62,379 nt of DNA from an uncultured archaeon (lineage in GTDB: Archaea > Iainarchaeota > Iainarchaeia > Iainarchaeales > JAAZKV01): contig CAZOVD010000003.1 of the NCBI GenBank assembly GCA_964583285.1, forward strand, positions 1 to 62,379, written 5' to 3'. This document shows, piece by piece, positions 1 to 10,097 of this stretch. The notes beneath the pieces were generated by a model. It ran no database searches, had not been told where the DNA came from, and worked only from the letters and a program-made list of their open reading frames with translations. Every line of letters starts with the position of its first letter. Position 1 is the first letter of the stretch. Both the position numbers and the translations under genes were made by a program.

Positions 1-37
1 TTTATACTCAACAAATGTAAATAATAGAGGAGTTATA

Positions 38-727
38 ATGACATTTAATGAAGAGGCTGGAGCAAATAATATAACAAATGGAAATTTATACAAAACATTT
101 GCTGTGCCACTGTTTGTAAAAGTTGATGGGAATGATTCTAGAACAAATAATTTTAATTTAGTACATAATCAATTAAACAATACTTTTACAAGTGATGTTT
201 TTACTTATTGGACAGGAATTGGAAGTACATTAACAAATACTTGCGAAGATATAAAAGTTGGAGAAACTGCACTTGTTTATAGACAAGCAGATTATCTAAC
301 TCCAAGAACAGAAAGTATTCCTGCAAAAATTTCAATTTACGGCGAAGCACCACTAAAAAATACTGGTAGTGAATTTTTAGAAACAGTAATTTACTTGCCA
401 AAAGAACAAACTGATTTAATTGAAAAATTAACAATTAGTGGGAAAGGAAATATTTACACCAAAAATGGTTTATGTGCTTTAGGTGCTGATGGAAATTGTT
501 CTATTGAAATATCGTCAACGGGAAATACAAAAATTACTAACTTGCAAGAAGTATTTGATGGTATTACAAATCAAACAGTGTGTGTTAATAGTTCTCAATC
601 AGCAAACAATGTAGCATGGACTTTATTTTGGAATGAAGCAAAAATAATCCAAGAATTATACAATGCAAAAGTTAACACTATTGGCATAAATAATGTTTGT
701 GGAGAATTAATTAATCCAAATAATTAA
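38..727 (+). CDS. hypothetical Asn/Thr-rich protein (229 aa)
   Basis: Complete ORF with AGAGGAG about 6 nt upstream of the ATG. No motif recognised, no signal peptide and no TM segment. Confidence 0.4.
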   Translation: MTFNEEAGANNITNGNLYKTFAVPLFVKVDGNDSRTNNFNLVHNQLNNTFTSDVFTYWTGIGSTLTNTCEDIKVGETALVYRQADYLTPRTESIPAKISIYGEAPLKNTGSEFLETVIYLPKEQTDLIEKLTISGKGNIYTKNGLCALGADGNCSIEISSTGNTKITNLQEVFDGITNQTVCVNSSQSANNVAWTLFWNEAKIIQELYNAKVNTIGINNVCGELINPNN

Positions 728-730
728 AAC

Positions 731-1516
731 TTAAATAAAAGCTAGGTAAATTAAAAATAATGCAAGAATCATTATTAAAATTAAAACTAATTTTGAGTCA
801 AGAAATGATAAGTCAAGCGATTTAATTACTTCTTTTTTTTCTTTTTTAACTTGTTTTGATTCTACAAGTGACTTTTTTGCATCAATAAACATTTCTTTGG
901 TATAATTTACCCAAGTAGCTGGCGTAGTTAGCTCATCAAGAGTTTCTCTTGTTATCTCTAAAAAACCTTTTTCTCGCTCTGGAATTTTTTCAATACCATG
1001 TAAATTACCATCTACTGCATTCATTCTAATTGAATAATTTTCTTTTTCAATAGTAATATGAGTTTCATAAAATGGAACCAAAAACAATTTTATATTTGAA
1101 ACAATTAAATTTTCTTTTGGAACTTTAAAATGTTGTGCTGTTTTTAATACAAGAATTTTTTCTTGCTCCTTTTTTGTTACATTGGTTTCTTGCTCAATAA
1201 ATTCTATCTCAGGAGCTAAGTTATTATTTGAATCATATAATTTATTTTTAATTAGTCTTGCAACATTTTCATTTATTTTAAGTAGATTTCCATTTAGTGA
1301 AATAAAACCATCAACAGTTTCTTTTACTATTTTTGTAGAGTCTTTTTCTTCTTCTAAAAAATAATGATATTGATAAAAAAAGAAAGGAGTAAGAACTAGC
1401 CGCATTGAACCTATTTCAAAATTCTGCCAGTTCTTTTCCGTGATTACCTTTGTTAATTTTTGTAGCGCTTCATTAACAGGTAGTGAAACAGGCAACATTG
1501 GATTGCCTAAATACAT
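731..1516 (-). CDS. hypothetical tail-anchored membrane protein, co-operonic with sepF
   Basis: 261-aa ORF starting 4 nt after the sepF stop. It has a single hydrophobic helix at the extreme C-terminus (LVLILIMILALFLIYLAFI). Confidence 0.5.
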   Translation of the reverse strand: MYLGNPMLPVSLPVNEALQKLTKVITEKNWQNFEIGSMRLVLTPFFFYQYHYFLEEEKDSTKIVKETVDGFISLNGNLLKINENVARLIKNKLYDSNNNLAPEIEFIEQETNVTKKEQEKILVLKTAQHFKVPKENLIVSNIKLFLVPFYETHITIEKENYSIRMNAVDGNLHGIEKIPEREKGFLEITRETLDELTTPATWVNYTKEMFIDAKKSLVESKQVKKEKKEVIKSLDLSFLDSKLVLILIMILALFLIYLAFI

Positions 1517-1520
1517 TTAT

Positions 1521-1889
1521 TCACTGTCCTTTTCTTTTAATTATTTTAACTTTTGAAGGAGTTACTAAAACTCTGCCTTGAGAAATTCTTGCAATGTCTC
1601 CGTCAATTGCTGCTACTTCTGTTTTTACTTGTCCAATTAATTCTTTTAATTTTAATGCATTTCTTTTTGATAAATCAGAAATGTTTACAAGAATTAAATT
1701 CCCACTCTTTGCTTCATTCATTATTGCATTTACGTCAGCATCTACAACCAAATCCATTGGTTTAACAAATGCATCAGCATCCTCATAATGTTCGTCTTCT
1801 ACTTCATCCAAGTTGTTTAAAAATTCTTCTAAATCAACTGGTGCTTCTTTTTTTGCCATTACTTTATTAAATAGTCCCAAATAAATCAC
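1521..1889 (-). CDS. sepF: cell division protein SepF (archaeal, DUF552-like)
   Basis: The C-terminal core (VVDADVNAIMNEAKSGNLILVNISDL...IDGDIARISQGRVLVTPSKV) matches the SepF pattern (region of interest, then R/K..., then G...i....l.P..v). The frame opens at GTG 1889. A TTG at 1880 lies 5 nt after GGGGTGA, and an ATG lies at 1859. Confidence 0.7.
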   Translation of the reverse strand: MIYLGLFNKVMAKKEAPVDLEEFLNNLDEVEDEHYEDADAFVKPMDLVVDADVNAIMNEAKSGNLILVNISDLSKRNALKLKELIGQVKTEVAAIDGDIARISQGRVLVTPSKVKIIKRKGQ

Positions 1890-2076
1890 CCCGCATTTAA
1901 AGCGCTTTTATATTATTTCACTATAAAAAATATATAAACCCTTTGTTAGAAGCAAATTTGGTTTGTTTTTCAAACACAAAAGATTTTAATCAAACTATTA
2001 CTTATTATTAGTGGAATTAAATTAGTGGAACTAAGCATAACCCCTCCCAATCACACACTTAACAAAAGGGGAAAAA
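1890..2076. other. candidate replication origin / orc1 promoter region
   Basis: Intergenic region between divergent sepF and orc1. It holds two perfect ATTAGTGGAA direct repeats (2007-2016, 2021-2030), an imperfect inverted copy (ATAGTGAA on the minus strand, 1917-1924), and A/T-rich stretches between them. Confidence 0.4.
2007..2030 (+). repeat. tandem 10-bp direct repeat ATTAGTGGAA x2 with 14-bp period (ORB-like core AGTGGAA)
   Basis: Read directly from the sequence: attagtggaa ttaa attagtggaa. Confidence 0.6.
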
Positions 2077-3324
2077 ATGGAAATTATTATTGAAAAAGAA
2101 CGAGAAACTGACTTCTCAGAAAATATTTTTGAAAAACATTTAAGTAAAAAAAGTGTTTTTTTACACAAAGATATTATTTCACCACATTACCTGCCAAAAA
2201 ATTTACCTTTTAGAGAAAAACAAATAGAAGTTATTACTCAAAATCTTGGAGCAGTAGTAAAAAATTCAAAACCAAATAATTTTTTTATTTATGGAAAAAC
2301 TGGAAGTGGAAAAACTTCCACAGTAAAACATGTTACTGATCAGTTAGGTGATTTTGTTAGTAAAAAAGAATTACCTGTTTTTAATTGTTATATCAACTGC
2401 AGAAGTCACCCATCAAAATATAAAGTTCTACTTAAAGCACTTAGAAGTTTTTATCCAGAAAAAGATTTTTTAGGATATAGTGCTAGTTTTGTTTATGAAA
2501 AATTAATTGATTTTTCTCGCGAAAAAAATGCACACGTAATTTTAATTCTTGATGAAATTGATAAAGTAAAAGATGTTGATGATTTAATGTATTCTCTTTC
2601 AAGAGCAAATGATGAACTTAATAAAGGTTCAATTACAGTAATTGGAATTAGTAACAATTTAACATTTAAAGAAAAGCTTGATCCAAGAACAAAAAGTTCT
2701 CTTTGCGAACGTGAAATGGTTTTTGAACCATATAACGCAAATGAACTTCAAAAAATATTAAAAGAAAGAAGTGAAAAAGCATTTAGAAATGGTGTTGTAA
2801 AAGAAGAAGCAATATCTCTTGCTGCTGCAATAGCTGCACAAGAATCAGGAGATGCAAGAACTGCAGTAATGTTACTTCAAAGAGCTGGAGAGATTGCTGA
2901 TAATAAAGAACTAGATTTTGTTGATGATCAATTAGTTGAACAAGCAAAGGTAAGTGTTGAAGAAGAAATAATTATTTCTATGATTTCTACTCTTCCTCAG
3001 CAACAACAATTAGTACTTTATGCAATTAGTCAACTTTCTCTTCAAAATCCATCATTTACAAAAGTTAGTGGCGAGGTTGAAAAAGGAGTGTTATTTAGCG
3101 GAGAAATTTTTGAAAACTATTTAAAACTTGCAGAAAAATTTGAACATAGAAGCATTACAAGTAGATGGTATAGACAATATATTAATGAACTTGAAATGTA
3201 TGGACTTATTCTTGTAACTAATTCTGGAAAAGGAATAAAGGGACAAACAAGATTAATTAAACTTGGTTTTGATGCTAACAAAATAAAAGCAGCTCTTGAA
3301 AAGGAATTATTTAAAAATTTTTAA
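2077..3324 (+). CDS. orc1: Orc1/Cdc6 replication initiator
   Basis: Walker A (YGKTGSGKTS), Walker B (LILDEIDK), an AAA+ lid and a C-terminal winged helix. Length is 415 aa. AAGGGGAA sits upstream of the ATG. Confidence 0.95.
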   Translation: MEIIIEKERETDFSENIFEKHLSKKSVFLHKDIISPHYLPKNLPFREKQIEVITQNLGAVVKNSKPNNFFIYGKTGSGKTSTVKHVTDQLGDFVSKKELPVFNCYINCRSHPSKYKVLLKALRSFYPEKDFLGYSASFVYEKLIDFSREKNAHVILILDEIDKVKDVDDLMYSLSRANDELNKGSITVIGISNNLTFKEKLDPRTKSSLCEREMVFEPYNANELQKILKERSEKAFRNGVVKEEAISLAAAIAAQESGDARTAVMLLQRAGEIADNKELDFVDDQLVEQAKVSVEEEIIISMISTLPQQQQLVLYAISQLSLQNPSFTKVSGEVEKGVLFSGEIFENYLKLAEKFEHRSITSRWYRQYINELEMYGLILVTNSGKGIKGQTRLIKLGFDANKIKAALEKELFKNF

Positions 3325-3716
3325 AATGATTTAATTTTTGGTTTTGCTTTTTCATCAAGTAATAGTGCATGAACTGAATTAAATTCTGATTCAATAGATT
3401 TAACAGAATCATTTAATGTTTTTATTTGAGCTTGATTTAAAGAAAGTAATCTACTTCTTGAAAGTATTTCCATTGCTTGTTTCCATTTTATTGAAAGAAT
3501 TGCGGCTTTTAAAGAATATAATTTGACATGTAAATTACTTTTATATTTAGTTTCTCTTCTTTTTAAATTTGAAATTCTAAATGAAGTTTCATCACAAACA
3601 GTCTCTAGTTTATCCATTTGTCTATTAAAACGAGCTAATGTGTCTTTTAAACCACTCACTTTACTAACATTAATAAAAACTCCATGTAATTTGATTAACG
3701 GCCTTTTTCTTTGCAT
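3321..3716 (-). CDS. hypothetical coiled-coil protein (131 aa)
   Basis: ATG-initiated ORF convergent with orc1, with a 4-nt overlap. Heptad-like composition; no motif recognised. Confidence 0.4.
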   Translation of the reverse strand: MQRKRPLIKLHGVFINVSKVSGLKDTLARFNRQMDKLETVCDETSFRISNLKRRETKYKSNLHVKLYSLKAAILSIKWKQAMEILSRSRLLSLNQAQIKTLNDSVKSIESEFNSVHALLLDEKAKPKIKSF

Positions 3717-3762
3717 ATTAAAATAATGTTTCTTGTTAATAAAAATGTTTCAATTAAAAAAT

Positions 3763-6700
3763 TTAAACAAAATCAAATAATCCTTTTTGTTCTACTTTAT
3801 CATTATTAAAAACTGAATCAATTTCCTTTTCTATCATATCAAGTCTTTGAATTAAATAGTCACTTAAGTTTTCTTGTTTTGCAAGATTTTGCGCAATTTT
3901 CAAATACTTTCTAACCGAACCTTGATGTATTGTTAAAATTAAAGTGTTTTTACCACATTTATAACAAATTCCTGAAAGTGGAATTCTTCTATATTTCTCA
4001 TTACAAGTAGTACATCTAAAAGTTTGACGAGAAAAAGCTCTTGCATTTCCTATTATGTCTGGCAAAAAGTGTGAACCCATTACTCTTTCAAGTGCATCTT
4101 TTGAATCAACTGCCAAAATCTTTTTTTGTAATTTATTTTGTCTACCAATTTTTTCTTCCATTGTTTTTAATTGTATATATTGTGATGTTTTTGGCCCTTC
4201 ATCAAAACAACTAGTATTATGAGTAAATCCAACTTCAGAATATTGATTTTCACTACCCAATTTATCATTTACCGTTTCAATTATATCAAGAAATGGTTCT
4301 GTTATTTTTGTAGCAGTTTCATAAAACTCAAGCGGATAAGAAAAACAAGTTTCCATTTGATGTACTTCATCATCAACTTCGGTTGGAGTTATTATTGTTG
4401 AGAAAACAATTGCTGAATCCATTTTTCCACCATTTCTATTTGCTAAAAATTTTTGTGAAAAATTAAGTAGCCCATCCATTAAAAGCATTACTGAATCTTG
4501 ATCCCCATCAACATTTCTTCTTTTTGCACAAACAAAATAAGGGTGGCCAAAACCAAGTCTTGCTTTAGTATAACCTATTACTCTTGAAGTTACAGCTGCA
4601 GATGTGTGTGGCGCAAGACCTAGTAAAAGAGTTCCAATTAAATCTTCTTTTGTTTTTGCATTATAAAATCTTTTTGATTTATAAAAAAATTCAAGTTCAT
4701 CATCAATGAAATTTGCAACATCAAGCATCCAATCTCCACAGGTTTCATTAACAATTATGTCTTGTGGATAAATTTCAATTAATTGTTCCAAATTAGTTAT
4801 TTCATTTCCTAAGTAATCCTTAATATATCCAAGCTCTTTTACTTTTTCTACAGATAAGTTTATTTCTTTTGGCTTAAAGTGAGTTATTGTTGCATTAAGT
4901 AATTCAAATCTACTAGTTCCATCACGAAAAATATGTACATTGTGTCTTGCACGAAGTATTCCTTTTTCTATTGGTTCAGCTTCTTTTGCATCAGAAACAA
5001 GTCCTTGGACTCCTTTAATTAATTCAGGAATTGGAACTTTTAAGTTTTCTTTAGCATTAATTACCATTTCTCTTAATTTTATTTTATGATTGCCTGACTT
5101 AAATAATTTGCCCCCGCATTTTTTACACATTTCACCTTCAAAACTTTCTTTACAAGCTGAACAATAATTTAATCTAGTGTTACGAGTGTTTGCTTGATTA
5201 TCATAAAAGTAAAATGTTTTTTTTCCAGCTTTATTTTTATACTGTGCTATTTCAATATCAATTTCTCCACTTTCATTATTATATTCATCTATTGCTTTGT
5301 TTATACTTCTAATACTTCCACCAGCAAGTCCAATTGGAAATAAACAATGAGGGTTACCTTTCATTTGTCTTCTTTTTGCTTGTTCTGGCCTACCCATTCT
5401 TCCGCCAATAAAAGAACCGGCTTTATCTTTTATTTTAATTTTAGAAATTTCACTTAAATAATCAAGTACTGTTTCTTTGCTACTTTGTCTTTTTTCAATT
5501 AAAGAAAATGTTTCTATTAAAGTTTTACAAAAATCACTAATTATTATTTTTTCATTTTCTATCTTGTGGGGCAAGCCAATTCTTTCTAAAAATATTTTCA
5601 TTTCAGGATTATTGTTTAGTTCTATTTTTTCTTTAAAAATATCTCCACCCAAAAAATAATTATGTATAAGTTTTATTTCTTTTAAATTTAGTGCTGTATA
5701 AAAATGAATAAATTTTGGATGAAGTGGAATATTAAATTTTTTAGATAAAATAATTGCATCATCTTCACTAATGTTATTAGGATCATCAATTATTTTTTTA
5801 ATATCAACATCTACTGCAAATTCGTTAATTTTATTTTCAGCAATTGCTTTTTTTAATTCAAGAACCCACCATTCTTCAACATACCCTGGTGGAATAAGAG
5901 GGTGTGCACTTTTTCTAAAATCGCCATAAGATACAAGTAAATCTCCAACATAAATTATTTTTTTAACTCTGTTTTTTATTTCATCAGCTTCTTTAGTTGA
6001 ATTTATTCTTTTAACCTCGCCATCATTTAACAAAACTATTGGACCATCAATAGTATCACATGGAAAAAACTGTGTTGCTTTTCCAGGCCTTTCAAGTTTT
6101 CCGTGTGTTCCAACCGCAATAAATTCATCAAGAAGTAACATAGTTGCAGGATTTATTGCCTTAGCCATTATTCCAGTGTTTCTTCCTCGGCCATATCTTA
6201 ATCTAAATCCGCCCCAGTTACTGGGGTATGCCAAAACAGGCCTACCTGCCGCAAGTCCTTCAAGTAATTTTTTAACAGGTTTTATTTCAATTATTGATTG
6301 TTTTTTTTCCACCTTAACAATACTTTCAAGAAATTTCCAATTTTCTTCAAGATCATGTTTTTTTGCTTGGTTTAAAACCCAAAGTGCTTTAAGAGCTAAT
6401 CCTTCAGAAATTACAAGCCCAACCCCTCCCCTAATTCTGTTTGTTGGAATTCTTGGCAAATCTCTATGAACAGAAACTTCTACAAGTTCGGTTGGAGTTC
6501 CATTAATACAAACTGGACAATTTTCAACAATTATTCTTATTTCATTATCAGGAACTGTGTATTGTCTAGAAACAATTTCAGTTTGATATATTGCAACTTC
6601 TTCAATGTATCTTTCTACTTCATCTTTTGTTGGTTTATATTTATCAAGACCGAGTAATTTTCTACCATAATCTCCTAAAATTAATGGTATTACTGTTGAA

Positions 6701-7170
6701 CTTCCGCCCGCCGCACGTATTGGACCTGCATAATAAATATCAACATATTTACTGCCATCTGGATTTTTATTTATTTCAACTTTTGGCAAGCCATCAAGTG
6801 GTGCTACAACAACTCCTTCTGTTTCAATTAAAAGACATGCTTTTATTCCAATTTCAAGTCTTTTTTGATCATCTGGAATCTTACACCATTTTTGTTCAAT
6901 TATTTCTTTAAATATTTGAAAATATGCTTCACGCCTACCTGGTTGTTCTTTAATTACTTCTCTATATCTTTTAGCTAAACCTGGGAGTTCAATAAGTGTT
7001 TCGGCACGATCTGCTAAGTCCACAGCAGGAGTCATTTCAACTTTTGTACTAATATCATTTCCAATTGCACGCATTTTTTTTGCAAGTTCATACTGAATGT
7101 GTGCTTGTTCTTGAATTTTTTGAAAATATTTTTTAATGTGTGGCTTTGCTGGAAATGTTACTTGAGTCAT
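3763..7170 (-). CDS. polC: DNA polymerase II (PolD) large subunit DP2
   Basis: 1135 aa. Contains GGRMGRPEQAK and multiple Cys4 zinc modules (CSACK...CKKCG, CTTCNEKY...CYKCG). Its start overlaps the DP1 stop by 4 nt. Confidence 0.95.
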   Translation of the reverse strand: MTQVTFPAKPHIKKYFQKIQEQAHIQYELAKKMRAIGNDISTKVEMTPAVDLADRAETLIELPGLAKRYREVIKEQPGRREAYFQIFKEIIEQKWCKIPDDQKRLEIGIKACLLIETEGVVVAPLDGLPKVEINKNPDGSKYVDIYYAGPIRAAGGSSTVIPLILGDYGRKLLGLDKYKPTKDEVERYIEEVAIYQTEIVSRQYTVPDNEIRIIVENCPVCINGTPTELVEVSVHRDLPRIPTNRIRGGVGLVISEGLALKALWVLNQAKKHDLEENWKFLESIVKVEKKQSIIEIKPVKKLLEGLAAGRPVLAYPSNWGGFRLRYGRGRNTGIMAKAINPATMLLLDEFIAVGTHGKLERPGKATQFFPCDTIDGPIVLLNDGEVKRINSTKEADEIKNRVKKIIYVGDLLVSYGDFRKSAHPLIPPGYVEEWWVLELKKAIAENKINEFAVDVDIKKIIDDPNNISEDDAIILSKKFNIPLHPKFIHFYTALNLKEIKLIHNYFLGGDIFKEKIELNNNPEMKIFLERIGLPHKIENEKIIISDFCKTLIETFSLIEKRQSSKETVLDYLSEISKIKIKDKAGSFIGGRMGRPEQAKRRQMKGNPHCLFPIGLAGGSIRSINKAIDEYNNESGEIDIEIAQYKNKAGKKTFYFYDNQANTRNTRLNYCSACKESFEGEMCKKCGGKLFKSGNHKIKLREMVINAKENLKVPIPELIKGVQGLVSDAKEAEPIEKGILRARHNVHIFRDGTSRFELLNATITHFKPKEINLSVEKVKELGYIKDYLGNEITNLEQLIEIYPQDIIVNETCGDWMLDVANFIDDELEFFYKSKRFYNAKTKEDLIGTLLLGLAPHTSAAVTSRVIGYTKARLGFGHPYFVCAKRRNVDGDQDSVMLLMDGLLNFSQKFLANRNGGKMDSAIVFSTIITPTEVDDEVHQMETCFSYPLEFYETATKITEPFLDIIETVNDKLGSENQYSEVGFTHNTSCFDEGPKTSQYIQLKTMEEKIGRQNKLQKKILAVDSKDALERVMGSHFLPDIIGNARAFSRQTFRCTTCNEKYRRIPLSGICYKCGKNTLILTIHQGSVRKYLKIAQNLAKQENLSDYLIQRLDMIEKEIDSVFNNDKVEQKGLFDFV

Positions 7171-8693
7171 TCTTTTGCCTCCACCAAATTTTCAAGCGCT
7201 ACTTCTTTTTGAATATTATCTCTTAAAAAATAAGTTTCAGTAATTTGTCTTGTTTTTAAATTAACCATTGGAAATATTCCTGGAGTTGGTGTGTGACCCA
7301 TTTTTTTTTCAAAATCAGTTTGTCCTTCCCAGCACCCGCCATTAATTATTGTTGTTCCGCGATAATTTGTATATCCGTTATGGTGCATGTCACCAATCCA
7401 AACTAAATCTGGTTCCTCTTTTATAACCATATAATCTTTTCCTTCTGGAACATACGGATTTTTTCCACCATACTTTGGCATTAAATCTCTTTTTTTAAGA
7501 AGTTCAACCATTCCATCTTGCGGATGATTCATATCAAGAAATGAAACACTTTGAATAAGGTCATGAATACTTGGTCCATGATAAACTAAATTTTTAAGTC
7601 CCTCAGTTTCAACCCATGAAGGTGAAGAAATAAAATGAAAATTTTTTAAGTCAAATAATCTTGGAACAAATTCTTTACTAATCCCTGGTTGTGGCTCAGC
7701 TCTTCTTACTGCATCGTGCTGTCCTGGGCAAATAAAAACTTGAATATACTCAGGTATTTGAAGCATTAATTCTTCAAATGCTTCATATTGTTTATAAATA
7801 TCTTTTATTTCAAGATCATCAAATTGACCAGGATAAACACCAACCCCGGCAATATTATCGCCATTAATAAATAAATACTGCAATCTTCCAACTCTATCTA
7901 ATTGTTTTTGATTTAAACCTTCTCCATTTAGAAAGCTTATCCATTTTTCTACTGGTTTTCTTAAAAAATGATTACTGCCAAAGTGAAAATCGCTAGTTCC
8001 ACCAGAATAAATTTCTTCTGAAAGTAATTTTGGCGAGCGAACTGGCAAGTCTGGCCAGTAAATTTCTTTTATAATTATAAAATCATCACCAACTTTTGCG
8101 CCTTTTATCCCAACAACATTATCTTCTAAAATATGTTCTCCTTTTTTCATCAATTCTATTTCTTTTTCCATTATTAAAGCAATACATTTTTTTTCAAGGT
8201 CTTCAACTTCAAAAGCAATGTGATTATTTTTTGTTTTCCATTTTTTATTAATTATTGCAATAATATCAACATTTTCTCCTTTTCTTATTCCACTTAAATT
8301 TGAAATTGTTATTGGAGAGAGATTGTGTCTTTTTTTTAACATCCCATATATTAAATTAAACTTACTTCTAAAAAGTCTTAAAAAGTCATCAACTTTTCCT
8401 TCACTTAAACTTTGACCAGTAACATCATATTCAGTCATTATTCTAAAATTAGGAGTTCTGTTTTTTGCAAATGCATCAAAACGAGTGTGTTTTATTTCAA
8501 CCTCTTTTTTAACTTGGTCAAGTTTTGTTCTAGACAATTTTAACTCTATATTTTTTGGTTCAATAAAAACTAACCCTTCATTAACAAGTTCATCAAGTAT
8601 TTTTTCCCAATCATTATTTTCAACAAGTAAATTTATTGATTCTTTTGAAAGAACAAGTCCCTTTTTTTCAGCGTATAAAAGTATATCTTGCAT
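7167..8693 (-). CDS. polB: DNA polymerase II (PolD) small subunit DP1 (Mre11-like exonuclease)
   Basis: Calcineurin-like phosphoesterase motifs (FINGDNIAGVGVYPGQ, CPGQHD, GDMHHNGY) plus an OB-fold region. Length is 508 aa. Confidence 0.9.
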   Translation of the reverse strand: MQDILLYAEKKGLVLSKESINLLVENNDWEKILDELVNEGLVFIEPKNIELKLSRTKLDQVKKEVEIKHTRFDAFAKNRTPNFRIMTEYDVTGQSLSEGKVDDFLRLFRSKFNLIYGMLKKRHNLSPITISNLSGIRKGENVDIIAIINKKWKTKNNHIAFEVEDLEKKCIALIMEKEIELMKKGEHILEDNVVGIKGAKVGDDFIIIKEIYWPDLPVRSPKLLSEEIYSGGTSDFHFGSNHFLRKPVEKWISFLNGEGLNQKQLDRVGRLQYLFINGDNIAGVGVYPGQFDDLEIKDIYKQYEAFEELMLQIPEYIQVFICPGQHDAVRRAEPQPGISKEFVPRLFDLKNFHFISSPSWVETEGLKNLVYHGPSIHDLIQSVSFLDMNHPQDGMVELLKKRDLMPKYGGKNPYVPEGKDYMVIKEEPDLVWIGDMHHNGYTNYRGTTIINGGCWEGQTDFEKKMGHTPTPGIFPMVNLKTRQITETYFLRDNIQKEVALENLVEAKE

Positions 8694-8715
8694 TTTTTTT
8701 CCATCTAGTCAAGCA

Positions 8716-8958
8716 TTACTTCATTTTTTCTTTCGCTTCTTCCACTAGAGAAATAACATGCCAAATATCAGTTCTTGTTTGTTCAGGCATGTTCATGTCG
8801 TTTGAAATATCATCAAGCAAATAAACTACTTCGCTTAAACTAGTATTTGTATTTTGTTTTATTTTTGACATAGCTAGTTCAATTTGAGATCGTATATTTC
8901 TTGGAACAGTTCTGTCCAAAAGAATTTCTTGCAATATTTCAGTTATTTCATCATTCAT
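8716..8958 (-). CDS. UPF0147-family small protein
   Basis: LDRTVPRNIRSQIE...LDDISNDMNMPEQTRTDIWHV matches the UPF0147 pattern. Start re-picked to ATG 8958, which is preceded by GGTGAT-AAA. Confidence 0.65.
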   Translation of the reverse strand: MNDEITEILQEILLDRTVPRNIRSQIELAMSKIKQNTNTSLSEVVYLLDDISNDMNMPEQTRTDIWHVISLVEEAKEKMK

Positions 8959-9131
8959 TTTATCACCAGTGTCAGTGCGAACACTTAAATTAAAATCCGC
9001 GTGACTAACAAAATTAGGAAAGGAAATTTTTTTAAATGGATTATGCAAAACCAAATAATTGGTTAAATTTGCTTAATATTGCTAATATTACATAATAAAA
9101 AAGTTAGAATATAAAGAATAAGCAAATATTA

Positions 9132-10097
9132 TTATTTCATTAATTCTTCTTTTAATGTATTTTTGCCTTGACCTTCTAAAATAATAAAATTACCATTAAA
9201 TTCTCTATTAGCTATTTTAATTTCTTCTTCTGTTGCAATGTCAGTTTTATTTATTACAACAATAAAACCCTTTTCACTAAATAGTTTTTTAACTTCCAAA
9301 AATAATTGCTTTTGATTAGTTAGTGGCTGAGTTGGGTCAATAACAAAAATAATTGTTCCTTTTAAATATTGAAAAGCACTTATTGCTTTTTTTTCAATAT
9401 TATTTCTTTTATGAAGCTCGCGATCAAGTAAACCAGGAGTGTCTATAACTTGAACTGGTAAATATTTTTTAAAAAACACACCAACGTTAAGTCCTTTTGT
9501 TGTAAATGGATATGCTGCAACTTTTGGTTTTGAATCAGTAATTTTTGACATTAAAGTACTTTTTCCAACATTTGGAAATCCTGCTAAAATGTAAAGTTCC
9601 TCATCGGCTTTTATTGATGGAAGTTCTTTTAATTTTTTAACTGCATCGTTATAAATAGAAATTGGTTTTTTAAGACTTTTAATTACTGATGAAACTCTAC
9701 CAAAATATTGGTTTGAGATTTTTTTTGCATCAGAAAAAGAACTTTCTGTAAACTTTAATTCTTTTAAACGAATTATGTTTTCTCTACGCATTTTTTTAAC
9801 TATTTTTGATACTGATGTAATATTTGATAAAGCAATTTTTGTTTCATCTTGATCAATTATTAATCTAAAAAGATCTTGATAAAAAAGTGGTAACGTTTTA
9901 ATGCTTGGAAAATCAACTACTATCTTAGTTAATACCTCTTCAAGATAGTCGCCAGAAACATCTATTTTTGCTATTTCTTTTCCTTTCATGCTATAAAAAT
10001 TAGTTTTTTGTTTAGGATAATTAGACGCAGCTTTTCTGCCTTTTGAAAATGCAATATCAAGTAATTTTTTTGGTTCTTCAATAGTTTTTAAGTTCAT
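9132..10097 (-). CDS. Nog1-type GTP-binding protein
   Basis: NOG1-like N-terminal helical domain followed by G1 (GFPNVGKST), G3 (DTPGLLDR) and G4 (NKTD). Confidence 0.85.
   Translation of the reverse strand: MNLKTIEEPKKLLDIAFSKGRKAASNYPKQKTNFYSMKGKEIAKIDVSGDYLEEVLTKIVVDFPSIKTLPLFYQDLFRLIIDQDETKIALSNITSVSKIVKKMRRENIIRLKELKFTESSFSDAKKISNQYFGRVSSVIKSLKKPISIYNDAVKKLKELPSIKADEELYILAGFPNVGKSTLMSKITDSKPKVAAYPFTTKGLNVGVFFKKYLPVQVIDTPGLLDRELHKRNNIEKKAISAFQYLKGTIIFVIDPTQPLTNQKQLFLEVKKLFSEKGFIVVINKTDIATEEEIKIANREFNGNFIILEGQGKNTLKEELMK

Noticed and set aside
2305-2312. An additional AGTGGAAA ORB-like core, with a nearby inverted TTCCAC, inside orc1
   Set aside because: It falls in the codons for the Walker A loop (GSGKTS), so coding constraint explains it.
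6176-6911. Three plus-strand ORFs (97, 63 and 106 aa) inside the PolD large-subunit gene
   Set aside because: These are shadow ORFs on the opposite strand of a 1135-aa gene with strong motif support. Their translations are low-complexity.
3763-7170. Possible intein or split in the PolD large subunit
   Set aside because: The length (1135 aa) is in the normal DP2 range, and the translation is continuous with no intein block motifs noticed.
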